Below, one piece after another: positions 17,584 to 27,714 of a stretch of DNA of 64,000 nucleotides. The DNA comes from Thermomicrobiales bacterium. GTDB taxonomy: Bacteria; Chloroflexota; Chloroflexia; Thermomicrobiales; UBA6265. The translations under genes were made by a program, and so were the position numbers. The notes under the pieces were generated by a model. It was given only the letters and a program-made list of their open reading frames with translations, was not told where the DNA came from and did no database searches. The stretch covers positions 21,192-85,191 of the forward strand of contig DAOUDE010000062.1 in assembly GCA_034431475.1 (NCBI GenBank), given 5' to 3'. The number at the start of each line of letters is the position of its first letter. Position 1 is the first letter of the stretch.

Positions 17584-19799
17584 TGTTTGCTGCGCTCGGG
17601 AGGGCCGCCGTCCGATGGCGCTGGGCGGTGGTCGCGGTCTGGGCCGTGCTGCTGCTGGCGGCGCTGCCGCTGCTGCCGCGCGTCGCTGGGGCGCTGGAGG
17701 TCGGCGGGTTCTCGTCCGCCGGCACCGAGGCCGCGCGGGCGGCGCAGGTGCTGCGGCAGGAACTGGGCTACCCGCCCTCCTCGATGCTCGTGATCTACCA
17801 GTCAGACACGTTGCAGGCGAGTGATCCTGCGTTCCAGCAGGCGGTGACGGCATCGCTGGTGAATGTGCCCGCGCTGCCCTTCGTCACCCAGGTCCAGGAG
17901 CCGCTGGCCAGCGCCGGCATGGTCTCGGCGGATGGCCACACTGCCTACGCGCTGATCGGGCTGAATCTGCCGAACGAGGCCGCGCAGCGGCTGGTGCCGG
18001 AGCTGGAGGCGGCGCTCGTGCCGCAGCCCGAGGTGACCATGCTGCTGGCGGGCGGCCCGGCCTCCTACCGCGATATCGAGACCGTCAGCCAACGCGACTT
18101 GCAACGCGCCGAGCTGCTCGTCTTCCCCATCGCGCTGGTCGCGCTGCTGGTCATCTTCGGCTCGGCGGTCTCGGCGGCGATGCCGCTGGTGATCGGGGGC
18201 GCGGGCGTCGTCATGGTCCTCGTCTCGCTGCTGCTGGCCACCCGCCTCACCGATCTCTCCATTTTCGCGCTCAACCTGGCCACCATGCTCGGCTTCGGCC
18301 TGGCGATCGACTACTCCCTCTTCGTCACCGCTCGCTACCGGGAGGAGCTGGCGCACGGGCAGCCGGTGGGGGAGGCCGTGGCGCGCACCACCGCCACCGC
18401 CGGCAAGGCGGTCTTCTTCTCCGGGACCACCGTGCTCATCGGCCTGCTTGGGCTGTCGCAGTTCGAGTTCATGTTCCTGCGCTCGGTCGGTGTAGCCGGG
18501 GTGATCGTGGTCGCCTGGTCCACCATCGCCGCCCTGACGCTGCTGCCGGCGCTGCTGGCGATCATCGGGCGCAACATCGACCGCTACCCGATCCGTCGCA
18601 CCCGCAACGAATCACGAGCCACCCACGGCTTCTGGGTCACGCTCTCGGGGGCAGTCATGAAGCGGCCGGTCGCGGTCCTCATCCCGACGCTGGCGCTGCT
18701 GCTGCTGCTCGGCTCCCCCTTCCGCCACGCGCAGATCTCCTCGCCCGATGCCACCATCCTGCCCAAGGGGTTGCCATCACGCGAGGCGTTCGACGCTCTC
18801 ACCGCTGCGTTCGGTCCCGGTGAGGTCTCCCCGTTCGTGGTGGTGATCGACGCCCCAGGCCGCATCTTCAGCGATGAAACCCTGGGCGAGGTCTACGCCC
18901 TCTCGCGGCGCATCGCGCAGAACCCCGAAGTGGTGCGCGTCCAGAGCGTGACTCCGCCGAATCTGCCCGAACCGCTGGCCATCGCCACCGCCAAGCTGCA
19001 GCGCGGCCTCGCCGCAACCGGCTCCGCCCAGGGCGCGAAGCTGGCGAATGAGAACGCGGCGGTGCTGCTGGTCTACGGGCGCGACCTCGCCGGCTCCGAC
19101 GCCAGCAAGGCGCTGCTGGCGGATATCCGCGGCCTGTCCATTGCCAGTGGGGACATCCAGGTCGGTGGCGGCACGGCGGAGATCGTCGATTCTGTGGCGG
19201 CCATGTACGCCGATTTCCCCCGCGCCGCCGCCCTCATCGTTGCCGCCACCTACCTGGTACTGCTCCTGCTGTTCCGCTCGGTCCTGCTCCCGGTGAAAGC
19301 GATCCTCATGAACACGCTATCCATTCTGGCCTCGTACGGGGCGCTGGTCTGGGTCTTCCAGGATGGCCATCTGGACTCGTTGCTCGGGTTTACGGCCCTC
19401 GGCTACGTCGAGGCCTCGCTACCCATCATCCTTTTCTGCGTCCTCTTCGGCCTCAGCATGGACTACGAGGTCTTCCTGCTCTCGCGCATCCGCGAGGAGT
19501 GGGAACGCACCGGCAACAACACCGAGGCGGTCGCCGTCGGCCTGCAACGCAGCGGGCGCATCATCACCTCGGCGGCGCTGCTGGTCGTCATCGTCACCGC
19601 CTCCTTCGTGACGGCGGATGTCGTGTTGATCAAGGCGCTGGGGTTTGGCATCGCTCTGGCGGTAACGCTGGATGCCACTGTCGTGCGCGCGCTGCTGGTC
19701 CCCGCGACCATGAAGCTGCTCGGCGCCTGGAACTGGTGGCTGCCCGCGCCGCTGGCCCGGGTGCTGCCGCGCGCTTCGTTCATCGAGGAGACCACGTGA
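17583..19799 (+). CDS. MMPL-family (RND superfamily) membrane transporter
   Basis: 738 aa with two 6-TM bundles separated by soluble loops. FGLAIDYSLFVTARYREEL and FGLSMDYEVFLLSRIREEW are the duplicated MMPL signature segments. Confidence 0.9.
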   Translation: MFAALGRAAVRWRWAVVAVWAVLLLAALPLLPRVAGALEVGGFSSAGTEAARAAQVLRQELGYPPSSMLVIYQSDTLQASDPAFQQAVTASLVNVPALPFVTQVQEPLASAGMVSADGHTAYALIGLNLPNEAAQRLVPELEAALVPQPEVTMLLAGGPASYRDIETVSQRDLQRAELLVFPIALVALLVIFGSAVSAAMPLVIGGAGVVMVLVSLLLATRLTDLSIFALNLATMLGFGLAIDYSLFVTARYREELAHGQPVGEAVARTTATAGKAVFFSGTTVLIGLLGLSQFEFMFLRSVGVAGVIVVAWSTIAALTLLPALLAIIGRNIDRYPIRRTRNESRATHGFWVTLSGAVMKRPVAVLIPTLALLLLLGSPFRHAQISSPDATILPKGLPSREAFDALTAAFGPGEVSPFVVVIDAPGRIFSDETLGEVYALSRRIAQNPEVVRVQSVTPPNLPEPLAIATAKLQRGLAATGSAQGAKLANENAAVLLVYGRDLAGSDASKALLADIRGLSIASGDIQVGGGTAEIVDSVAAMYADFPRAAALIVAATYLVLLLLFRSVLLPVKAILMNTLSILASYGALVWVFQDGHLDSLLGFTALGYVEASLPIILFCVLFGLSMDYEVFLLSRIREEWERTGNNTEAVAVGLQRSGRIITSAALLVVIVTASFVTADVVLIKALGFGIALAVTLDATVVRALLVPATMKLLGAWNWWLPAPLARVLPRASFIEETT

Positions 19800-20893
19800 C
19801 CACACTTTCCCGACGTACCCTGGGCGCCGGGCTGGCGCTTGCCTCCCTGCACGCCGCCGCTCGCCGCTCGCCCTGGGCGGCCGCCCGGCAGGCGACCCCC
19901 GTCCTCGACATCCCGGTCCCCATCGAGTTCCCGCGCGATGACGGCGTCCACGACACCAGCATCGAGTGGTGGTACTTCACGGGCAACATCCAGACAGAAG
20001 TGAGCGAGCGCCTCGGCTTCGAGTACGTCATCTTCCGCGCCCGGCCGGGCGATCTGGAGGGGTACGTCAGCCACTTTGCCGTTACCTCACCCGGCCGCGA
20101 GGACTTCACCTACGACCAGCGCATCGATGGCGTGCAGGGCGTGCGCGGCGATGGCGCCGCGCTCGATCTTGACCTCGATGGCTGGACAATGCGCGGCGAG
20201 AACGGCAATTTCACGCTCCAGGCCGACATGCCCGGCTACGCCATCAACCTCACGCTGGCCACCCAGAAGCCAGCCGCTCTGCACGATGGCGACGGCTACA
20301 TCGACTACGGCAACGGCACCGCCTCGTACTACTACACCTGGACCCGCCTCAAGGTCAGCGGCACGGTCGCCATCAACGGCGTCGAGCAGCGCGTCTTCGG
20401 CGACGCCTGGATGGACCACCAGTGGGGCGATTTCGCCACCTACCAGGAGGGCGGCTGGGACTGGTTCTCCATCCAGCTCGCCAACAACTACGACCTCATG
20501 CTCTACGTCGTCCGCGACGCTGCAGGCGAACCCCTGCGTGTCGATGGCACGCTGGTTGATCCCGCTGGCGCCGTCACCTTCTACGGACCGGACGACTTCA
20601 CGATCACCCCGACCGCCTCCTGGACCAGCCCGGCGACGAACACAACATATCCCAGCACTTGGACTGTCGAAGTTCCATCTGCGAACCTTGCGCTCACGGT
20701 CACACCTATCCTGGAGGAGCAGGAGCTGGATACCCGGCGCACCACCGGCGTCATCTACTGGGAAGGCGCGGTGGATGTTGCCGGCACGCAGGAAGGCGCC
20801 AGCGTCGGCGGCCACGGCTACGTCGAACTCACCGGCTACGCACCCTACGAACCCATTGGCACCCCGGCCGCCGTCGCCTCCCCAACGCAGTAG
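19796..20893 (+). CDS. AttH / CrtC-like lipocalin-fold protein (hydroxyneurosporene-synthase family), exported
   Basis: The GTG at 19796 overlaps the MMPL stop (GTGA). The signal-like N-terminus is TTLSRRTLGAGLALASLHAAA. FPRDDGVHDTSIEWWYFTGN and WMDHQWGDF are typical of AttH/CrtC domains. The track ORF start (19499) lies inside the MMPL gene. Confidence 0.75.
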   Translation: MTTLSRRTLGAGLALASLHAAARRSPWAAARQATPVLDIPVPIEFPRDDGVHDTSIEWWYFTGNIQTEVSERLGFEYVIFRARPGDLEGYVSHFAVTSPGREDFTYDQRIDGVQGVRGDGAALDLDLDGWTMRGENGNFTLQADMPGYAINLTLATQKPAALHDGDGYIDYGNGTASYYYTWTRLKVSGTVAINGVEQRVFGDAWMDHQWGDFATYQEGGWDWFSIQLANNYDLMLYVVRDAAGEPLRVDGTLVDPAGAVTFYGPDDFTITPTASWTSPATNTTYPSTWTVEVPSANLALTVTPILEEQELDTRRTTGVIYWEGAVDVAGTQEGASVGGHGYVELTGYAPYEPIGTPAAVASPTQ

Positions 20894-20963
20894 CAAAGCA
20901 GCCAATGCTACACTCGTGGAACCACATCACGACGTTCTTGCTCACACACTCAAAGGACGTGAT

Positions 20964-22172
20964 ATGGCATCCGCGCAGGCATTTGATGTCATTGTTGTCG
21001 GCGGTGGCCTCGCGGGCTCAGCGCTCGCCGGGGCACTGGCAAAGGCCGGGCTCGGCGTCCTGCTCATTGAGCGTGAGGCCGCCTTCCGCGACCGGGTACG
21101 CGGCGAGCTCACCTGGCCCTGGGGCGTAACCGAGGCGCACGAACTCGGGCTTGAAGACGTCCTCCAGCAGGCGGGCCGGGTCGAGCTTCCGGCCCTGCAG
21201 TTCTATGAGGATCGCTGTCTGGCCGCCACTGAGGCGTTTGACGGCACGCCGATGATCGGGTTCTCACATCCGATGCTGCAGGAGGCGCTGTTCGCCTGGG
21301 CGGCCGCCCAGGGCGCCTTCACGCTGCGTCCGGCGAAGGCCACCGGGTTCGCACACAACGGCCAGCCGGGGGTCGCCGTGACCGTTGCTGGCCGCGAGGT
21401 CGAGTACACCGCGCGGCTGGTGGTCGGGGCGGATGGCAAGCTCTCCGCCGCGCGCCGGTGGACTGGCGGAGGCACCCTTTCCGATGCGGAGCATCATCGC
21501 TTTGGCGGCGTCCTGGTCACGGGCTTGCCGGAATCCTGGCTGGTCGTCGGGGATGCCCGCACGGCTCCCACCGAGTGCATCTGGTTTGCCCAGAGCGCCA
21601 CGGCAACCCGCCTGTACCTGCGCATGACGGCCGATCGCGTGCGCGAGTCCGGCGTCGATCGCTCGTTCGCGGCGTTCATCAGCCACGCTGCGGGATACAT
21701 GCCCGACGGCGCGACGGCCGGCGTGGAACAGGCAGGCCCGCTCGGCTTCTTCTCGAACAGCAACGTCTGGGCGAGCCAGATCGCCGCTCACGACGTGGTC
21801 CTGATCGGCGACGCGGCTGGCGCAGCGGATCCGTCTGGCGGGCTCGGCACGTCGCTGATGTACCGCGACGTGCGGGAACTGCGCGACCTGCTCCTCAGCG
21901 AGCGCAACTGGCCGGCGGCAGTCACCGAGTTTGCCTGCCGGCGAGCACGCTACTACGACGTGGTCCGAGCCTATGACCGCTGGATGGCCCAGCTCTTCGT
22001 TGACGAAGGCGACGCGGCTGATCGCCGCCGGGCCGGCCATGTCCGCGCCCGCGAAACCGACCCCACCCTTGGCGGGTTCGGCCTCATCGAGGTCCAGGGT
22101 CCCGACGGCCTGATCGCGGACGGCCGGGCACGACGCGTGTACTTTGGCGAGGAGCCGGCGGGTCTCAGGTAG
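20964..22172 (+). CDS. FAD-dependent monooxygenase/oxidoreductase (UbiH/geranylgeranyl-reductase-like)
   Basis: The ATG at 20964 is preceded by AAAGGA. The dinucleotide fold is FDVIVVGGGLAGSALAGALAKAGLGVLLIE, followed later by LIGDAAGAADPSGGLG (the GD motif). The upstream part of the track ORF overlaps the AttH gene in another frame. Confidence 0.8.
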   Translation: MASAQAFDVIVVGGGLAGSALAGALAKAGLGVLLIEREAAFRDRVRGELTWPWGVTEAHELGLEDVLQQAGRVELPALQFYEDRCLAATEAFDGTPMIGFSHPMLQEALFAWAAAQGAFTLRPAKATGFAHNGQPGVAVTVAGREVEYTARLVVGADGKLSAARRWTGGGTLSDAEHHRFGGVLVTGLPESWLVVGDARTAPTECIWFAQSATATRLYLRMTADRVRESGVDRSFAAFISHAAGYMPDGATAGVEQAGPLGFFSNSNVWASQIAAHDVVLIGDAAGAADPSGGLGTSLMYRDVRELRDLLLSERNWPAAVTEFACRRARYYDVVRAYDRWMAQLFVDEGDAADRRRAGHVRARETDPTLGGFGLIEVQGPDGLIADGRARRVYFGEEPAGLR

Positions 22173-22392
22173 GGGTTTGGCCACGGGGTCCAGCTCACAA
22201 CTGTTGCCCACGCAACAATGCCAATGCGCCTCACCCGCGCACGTTGGCATTCTTGGCACACTTGGCACGCTTTGTTGCCACCTGGCGCCAGGGCGGCCAT
22301 TCCCCTCGGGGAGTCAGAGCCAGCTCCACAGCGAACCCCCTTTGCCATACTTCCCCGGTGATTTGCCCGCCACCGCTACCAGGAGCACTCAC

Positions 22393-23541
22393 ATGCCCAC
22401 CCACGAGCCTGTCGTCATCCCCGGCCTCGATATCCCGAAGGCGAAGCGCTACAGCCGCATCCGGCTTGGCTTGCTCGGCGCATCGCTGGCCTGGTCCGTC
22501 GGGTCCATGGCCTGGCTGGCGCGCCAGCAGCGGGCCAGGCGGCTGCAGCAGCGCATCGCCGCCGTCGTGCCCGATGACCGCCTGACCGCACCCGCCTACC
22601 TGGCCACGATCAGCGCTGGGTCGTGGCTGGCCGGTCTACCGCTGGCGTACGTAAGCGGCCACGTGGTCGAGCGCGCCTTCGGGCTGACGAAGCAATCGGC
22701 GCCCGCCTGGTTCGTGGAGCAGGTCAAGGCCCTCGCGGTTGGCACGGCGTTGCAGACGCCGCTCATGACTGCCGCCTTCCTCGTCATCCGCCGCCGCCCC
22801 AACGACTGGTGGCTGATCCTGGCCGGCGCCACCGTGCCGCTCATGGTGCTGCTCAGCAACCTGGCCCCGGTGCTCCTGATGCCGCTCTTCAACACGTTCA
22901 CCCCGCTCAGTGATGAGCGCCTGCGCGAGCAGCTCCTGACCCTCACCGAACGCTCCGGTGTGCGCGTGGCAGACATCTACGAGATGGACATGAGCCGCCA
23001 GAGCGAGAAGCCGAACGCCATGTTTACCGGCCTCGGCGCGACCAAGCGCATCGTGCTGGGGGATACGCTGCTGCGCGATTTCACGCCCGATGAGATCGCG
23101 GGCGTCGTCGCGCACGAACTTGGTCACCAGGTCCATGGCGATATCTGGCGCCTGATCGCCATGGGCGGCGCCATGGGCTTTGGAGGGGCGTGGCTGCTCT
23201 CAAGGCTCGCCCCTCGAGCGATCGCGGCCACCAGTGAGCAGACCGGCGTCACCGAGCCCGGCGACGAAGCGGCATACCCGCTGCTGGCGATCCTGGGGAC
23301 TGGGCTGGGGTTCCTGGCTGCGCCCCTGCAGGCCGCCATCAGCCGCTGGATGGAGCGCCGCGCCGACCGCTACGCCATCGGCCTCACGCGCGACCCGGAA
23401 GCCTACGCGCAGGCGATGGAGCGCCTGGCTGCCACGGCGCTGGCCGATCCCGACCCGCCGCGGCCGGTGGTCATCATGCTCTACTCGCATCCGCCAATTG
23501 CGGAGCGTATCCGTGCGGCGCGGGCAACAAGGCTCGCCTGA
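22393..23541 (+). CDS. M48 family zinc metalloprotease (Ste24/HtpX-like), polytopic membrane protein
   Basis: HELGH zinc motif (VVAHELGHQVHGD), a downstream glutamate and ERRADRYA. There are several TM segments. The ATG at 22393 has AGGAG 7 nt upstream. Confidence 0.85.
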   Translation: MPTHEPVVIPGLDIPKAKRYSRIRLGLLGASLAWSVGSMAWLARQQRARRLQQRIAAVVPDDRLTAPAYLATISAGSWLAGLPLAYVSGHVVERAFGLTKQSAPAWFVEQVKALAVGTALQTPLMTAAFLVIRRRPNDWWLILAGATVPLMVLLSNLAPVLLMPLFNTFTPLSDERLREQLLTLTERSGVRVADIYEMDMSRQSEKPNAMFTGLGATKRIVLGDTLLRDFTPDEIAGVVAHELGHQVHGDIWRLIAMGGAMGFGGAWLLSRLAPRAIAATSEQTGVTEPGDEAAYPLLAILGTGLGFLAAPLQAAISRWMERRADRYAIGLTRDPEAYAQAMERLAATALADPDPPRPVVIMLYSHPPIAERIRAARATRLA

Positions 23542-23700
23542 GATTTCGCGCTGTCCGGGGTGCCTTGTCGTCACAGGTTTCCTGAGGGATGCGTTAGACT
23601 GAGCGCTCCGCAAAGCGCCGGCTGAGACGGCAGCGGGTCCGGGGAAATTACCTGCCTGGCTTGCACTGCAGCCAAGCCGTGTCCCGTTGCGGCGCCCCGG

Positions 23701-24060
23701 ATGTTGTGTACCGCAGACGCATCTGGCCATGGGATGGGGGCAGCAGTGGGTGGGGGAGAGTACGCCATCACCACCGGAGAAGCATTCATCTGGAAAAGTG
23801 AACGCGCTGAGGTGACCCTGTCGCTCACCAGCGAGGGCTGGCTGGTGCGCCTGTTGACCATCGGCCCGCTATCGGGCCCGCCAACCGTGCAACATCAGGC
23901 CCGGCACCGCGACGCCAAGCTGGCGACGTTCGATCTCATGGGGCGCGTCGGGAGCGCGTCAAATGAGGAGGAAATGGTGCGCGCGGGCAGCCACGCCGTG
24001 CAGTGGATCAACGCGCAGCAGCGCACTCGCAGCCACGCGCACCAGAACGGCGCGCGTTAG
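23701..24060 (+). CDS. hypothetical protein (about 110-119 aa)
   Basis: GC3-rich ORF ending 6 nt before mutM, so probably co-transcribed. No family recognised. The start could be the internal ATG at 23731. Confidence 0.45.
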   Translation: MLCTADASGHGMGAAVGGGEYAITTGEAFIWKSERAEVTLSLTSEGWLVRLLTIGPLSGPPTVQHQARHRDAKLATFDLMGRVGSASNEEEMVRAGSHAVQWINAQQRTRSHAHQNGAR

Positions 24061-24066
24061 CCGCAG

Positions 24067-24933
24067 ATGCCAGAGCTACCTGAAGTCGAAACCATGCGCG
24101 GCATCGTCGCGCGGGAGCTAACGGGGCGGGAGTTGGCAAGCACGCACCTCACGCTGCCCAAGCTGATGCGCGACTCGCCGCTGCCGGATCTGGAGCTGTT
24201 GGTCGGGTCCACGCTTATCGGCACCGACCGCCGCGCCAAGGTGATGGTGACGCACTGGAGCAACTATTTCAGTGTGCTCACGCACTTCAAGCTCTCCGGG
24301 CAACTGACGGTCATCCGGCCGGACGGCACGCGGGTCATGGCCGGGCACCCGGTGCCCGGCCCCGAAGGGCCGCTGCCGCACAAGTCCACGCACCTCACCC
24401 TGACGTTCACGGACGGCAGCGTGCTCTACTACAACGATCTGCGCCAGTTTGGCTGGTGGCGCTTGATGCCGGCGGACGACGTCCCGGCCGCGCTGGCCGC
24501 CTTCAACTTTGCGGCTGAGGGAGTCGGTGCAGACCGCATTTCTGTGGACGATCTCGGGGCCAAACTCGCCCGCCGGCGGATTCCGCTGAAGCAGGCGCTA
24601 CTCGATCAGACTGTGGTAGCCGGGCTGGGCAACATCTACGTCGATGAGGCGCTGCATCATGCCCGGCTGCACCCGGAGCGTCCCGCCAACAGCCTTTCGC
24701 CAGACGAGTTAGTCACGATCCACGAGGCGATCTCGTGGTCCCTGGAGCGCGGCCTGGAGCAGGGCGGCGCCGACATTCGGAATAACAAGGCGCACCCGCG
24801 CGATGGCTTCCCCGCCATCCACGCGCGCAAGGGCGAACCCTGCACCACCTGCGGCTCGGAAATCCTCAAGATTGTGGTGGGTACGCGCGGCACGTACTAC
24901 TGCCCGGTCTGCCAGCCCACTCCCAGGGCGTAA
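24067..24933 (+). CDS. mutM: formamidopyrimidine-DNA glycosylase
   Basis: Canonical N-terminus MPELPEVE, H2TH region, and C-terminal zinc finger CTTCGSEILKIVVGTRGTYYCPVCQ. Confidence 0.9.
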   Translation: MPELPEVETMRGIVARELTGRELASTHLTLPKLMRDSPLPDLELLVGSTLIGTDRRAKVMVTHWSNYFSVLTHFKLSGQLTVIRPDGTRVMAGHPVPGPEGPLPHKSTHLTLTFTDGSVLYYNDLRQFGWWRLMPADDVPAALAAFNFAAEGVGADRISVDDLGAKLARRRIPLKQALLDQTVVAGLGNIYVDEALHHARLHPERPANSLSPDELVTIHEAISWSLERGLEQGGADIRNNKAHPRDGFPAIHARKGEPCTTCGSEILKIVVGTRGTYYCPVCQPTPRA

Positions 24934-24951
24934 CCACCCGGCTCACGAAAC

Positions 24952-25743
24952 TCACGGTCCTACGTCAGGAAGGAACCGCGCAGTTGCGTCCTCCGCTCCA
25001 ACCAGCGCGTCAGCCATCGCGCTTAGGGCCGCCCCTGCTCCGCCGCGCACCAGCACGTCAGCCAGGTGATCGAGCGGCGTCGGCTCGTTGTTGATGATTG
25101 CCAGCTTCGCGCCCGAGGCAACGGCGATTTCGGGTAGCCGCGCCGCTGGTTGCACGATGAGCGAGCTCCCGACCACCAGCAGCAGGTCCGCCCCCCGCGC
25201 GGCCTGCACGGCGGCCTGCAGCGCAGCCTGCGGCAGCGCCTCACCGAAGAGAATGGTTGCGCCGCGCAAGCGCCCTCCGCACTCGTCGCAGGCAGGGAGG
25301 GGGTCCTCTTCCAGGCGGCGCTGGATCTCCCCGGCGGGCCAGGTCGCGCCGCAGTCGATACAACGCACCCGGTGCGCCGTTCCGTGCAGTTCGATCACCC
25401 GTTCCGGGTCAACCCCTGACTTCTGGTGCAGCCCGTCGATGTTCTGCGTGATCACCGTGGTAAGTAGCCCCGCGTCTTGCAGGCGAGCCAGGGCCACGTG
25501 CCCGCCGTTGGGCAGCGTATCGCGCAGAACAGGGTAGCGCTCTTTACGCTCTCGCCAGTAGGCGGCACGGGTCTCCGGGTTCTCGCGGAAATCCCCAATG
25601 GTCGGGGGCGTGTTCTTCTCCCACACGCCGCCTGGTCCACGGTAGTCGGGAATGCCGGATTCCGTGCTGATCCCTGCGCCGGTGAATGCCACGATGTTCC
25701 GGGCAGGCCGCGCCAGCACGATGAGGTCGGCGATGTCGTTCAA
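24952..25743 (-). CDS. cobB: NAD-dependent protein deacylase (Sir2 family)
   Basis: GAGISTESGIPDYRGPGGVW, QNIDGLH and HG...RC..C...C..CGG (zinc ribbon) are classic sirtuin motifs. Confidence 0.9.
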   Translation of the reverse strand: MNDIADLIVLARPARNIVAFTGAGISTESGIPDYRGPGGVWEKNTPPTIGDFRENPETRAAYWRERKERYPVLRDTLPNGGHVALARLQDAGLLTTVITQNIDGLHQKSGVDPERVIELHGTAHRVRCIDCGATWPAGEIQRRLEEDPLPACDECGGRLRGATILFGEALPQAALQAAVQAARGADLLLVVGSSLIVQPAARLPEIAVASGAKLAIINNEPTPLDHLADVLVRGGAGAALSAMADALVGAEDATARFLPDVGP

Positions 25744-25975
25744 GCAAGCTCCAGTCGTGGGCCACGGATTTGGGCGGACTACGCGGGAAATATTGTCGGA
25801 TTGTCACGAGCCATCTTGTGTCCGTACAGCGACGATGGTACGATGCTGGTACTGGATAGCTCCAGAATCCCCGCCAGTCTGCAGAGTTCACGCGCCCCGA
25901 ACCGCGCCGGGCCGTGCTGACTCAGCGTTGTGCTTGCGCCATGGTGGCACACATCGCCGTGCATGAGGCCGCGCC

Positions 25976-26581
25976 ATGATCCTTACCCAGCCCGCGCTCC
26001 TTTGCCTGTCCTCCTTCTGGAGCAATCTCACTGGCCGTGCCAGCATGCGGGAAGTCCCCGCAAGTGCTGCGCCCCGGCCAGCCGCACCGCCACCCGCCGC
26101 TATCGAGCGCGCCGCCTCGGTGCGAGAGGAACGGCTGAAGCATGCCGCCCAGAGCGCCCGGCTACAGTCCGAGCTACCAACTGCGACGCAAGAAGCCGGG
26201 ATGGTTGCACACGCGGGTCCAGCGAAGGAGCGCGTTGCTGACCTTTCGCCGGTCAGCGAGCCCGCTGCCTCGGGCACGGGGCCGCTCACGGCGAACGAAC
26301 GCCGGGCACGGGCCGCTGCATTGCGTGCGCTTGCATTCGGGCGCGCCCGGCGCTTCGACGCGGCTGAGGCTGCCTTCCTGAATGCTGCCACGCTCGATCC
26401 GGCGCTCGATCTGACGCGCGTTCCGACCTTCTGGTCGCTGGAGCGTGCCGCCCACGAAGCGGCCATCTCCGCCTACGTCGCGGCTGGTCGCAGCGGCGAT
26501 GCGGCGGTACTGCGGGCCAAGGTGCAGAGCGTCTACCGCCCCAAGCCGCTGCGCACCCGCGGTGTACCGGCGACGACCTAG
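25976..26581 (+). CDS. hypothetical protein (Ala/Arg-rich, TPR-like C-terminal fragment)
   Basis: GC3-rich ORF with a more plausible start at ATG 26045 (MREVPASA...). Its end overlaps the convergent ArsR gene by 4 nt. No family recognised. Confidence 0.4.
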   Translation: MILTQPALLCLSSFWSNLTGRASMREVPASAAPRPAAPPPAAIERAASVREERLKHAAQSARLQSELPTATQEAGMVAHAGPAKERVADLSPVSEPAASGTGPLTANERRARAAALRALAFGRARRFDAAEAAFLNAATLDPALDLTRVPTFWSLERAAHEAAISAYVAAGRSGDAAVLRAKVQSVYRPKPLRTRGVPATT

Positions 26582-27714
26582 TCCTGCAGGGAGCGCGCGC
26601 GAGTCCCGCGCTCCGCGAGGGCGGAGGCGAGTGCCTCCAGGCGGTCTGCACTTACCGCATAGTACTTGGAGCCGCGGCGCGCCGCGACGGTGACGATACC
26701 GGCGCGCTCCAGTTGCGAGAGGTGCCGGGACGCGGCCGACTGCGCCACGCCCAGCCGGGCCACGATCTCCTGTGCGTAGAGTTCGCCCTCCAACAGGAGA
26801 TCCACGATCCGCAGACGCGTGGGATCGGCAAGGGCGCGGGTGGCCTCCAGGAAATCGGCTGGCTGCACATGCCCGTTCGCGGGCAACGCGCTGTGCCCTC
26901 GGCTGCTCGTATTGGCGCTGCGCGCTCCCACTCGTTCCAGCAAACCGGGCGCAGAGAAGAACACCACGAGGTCGGGCTCGTAGGCGATGTAGCTGACGAA
27001 CGCGCCCAGGTGCGCCGAGGGGCAAAAGGCCACCCGCGTGATGCTGGTTGGCGGATGACTGAGGACATCTGGCAACCGCTGACCGGTCAGGGCCGAGTAG
27101 GCGTCGCCAAAACCGCGATCTTCGAGGGCGGCGCCCCGCTCCGCCGCCTGCTGCAGCATCGGCAACGCCTCGGCCCGCGCCTCGCACACCACGTGGTCCC
27201 AGATACCCTGAAAGAGGTCAATCGTCCGTTGCTTCAGGGCTTCGGGGTCCGCGATGAGCTCCATGACCTGGTCCAGCGGGGCGCGAGTCAGCGCGGGCTT
27301 CAACACCCGGATCCAGCTCTCCTCATCTTCGGGAGCTTCCCAGCGGCGATCAAAGCCCGCGTGAACGCGCCGCAGGGCATTTGCCACCATGTCCAGGTAG
27401 TCCTCGGCCGGGAGCGCCGCCATGAAGGCAATCAGCTCTTCGAGTTCTGCGTCGCGCCGCGCCGGATCGAGCGGGCTGAACCGCATCACCGGCTCTTCCG
27501 GGTAGAGGAGCATGCGGCCCGAAAAGCCATGCAGCAGGTCCAGATTGTCCCGCAGGTCGCGGGGCAACTGCTCGCGGGAGTGGATCAGCCACGGATCCAG
27601 CGTGCTCCCGGGCACCGCCCGGTGCAACAGGGACATGGACGAGACGATTTCCAGCGGAAGGCTCGTGATGCTTTCAATACGCAGTGCTGGCTGACCAGCG
27701 ACCAGTTCACCCAT
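26578..27714 (-). CDS. ArsR/SmtB-family transcriptional regulator with a large (~270 aa) unknown N-terminal domain
   Basis: The C-terminal wHTH is LADPTRLRIVDLLLEGELYAQEIVARLGVAQSAASRHLSQLERAGIV. It is divergent from treS across a 165-bp intergenic region. Confidence 0.75.
   Translation of the reverse strand: MGELVAGQPALRIESITSLPLEIVSSMSLLHRAVPGSTLDPWLIHSREQLPRDLRDNLDLLHGFSGRMLLYPEEPVMRFSPLDPARRDAELEELIAFMAALPAEDYLDMVANALRRVHAGFDRRWEAPEDEESWIRVLKPALTRAPLDQVMELIADPEALKQRTIDLFQGIWDHVVCEARAEALPMLQQAAERGAALEDRGFGDAYSALTGQRLPDVLSHPPTSITRVAFCPSAHLGAFVSYIAYEPDLVVFFSAPGLLERVGARSANTSSRGHSALPANGHVQPADFLEATRALADPTRLRIVDLLLEGELYAQEIVARLGVAQSAASRHLSQLERAGIVTVAARRGSKYYAVSADRLEALASALAERGTRARSLQD

Noticed and set aside
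20076-20963. 296-aa N-terminal extension of the FAD monooxygenase ORF, and likewise 19499..19795 for the AttH-like ORF
   Set aside because: The extensions overlap upstream genes in other frames and are Pro/Ser/Thr/Arg-rich. The Rossmann fold begins right after the ATG at 20964 (preceded by AAAGGA). The AttH-like signal sequence begins at the GTG at 19796, which overlaps the MMPL stop.
23541-23700. Possible riboswitch/ncRNA in the 160-nt gap after the M48 gene (contains GCTGAGA and GC-rich stems)
   Set aside because: I could not match the conserved cores of the TPP, cobalamin, guanidine or c-di-GMP classes by eye. The region may simply be the 5' region of ORF 23701. It needs cmsearch and is not reportable as a feature.
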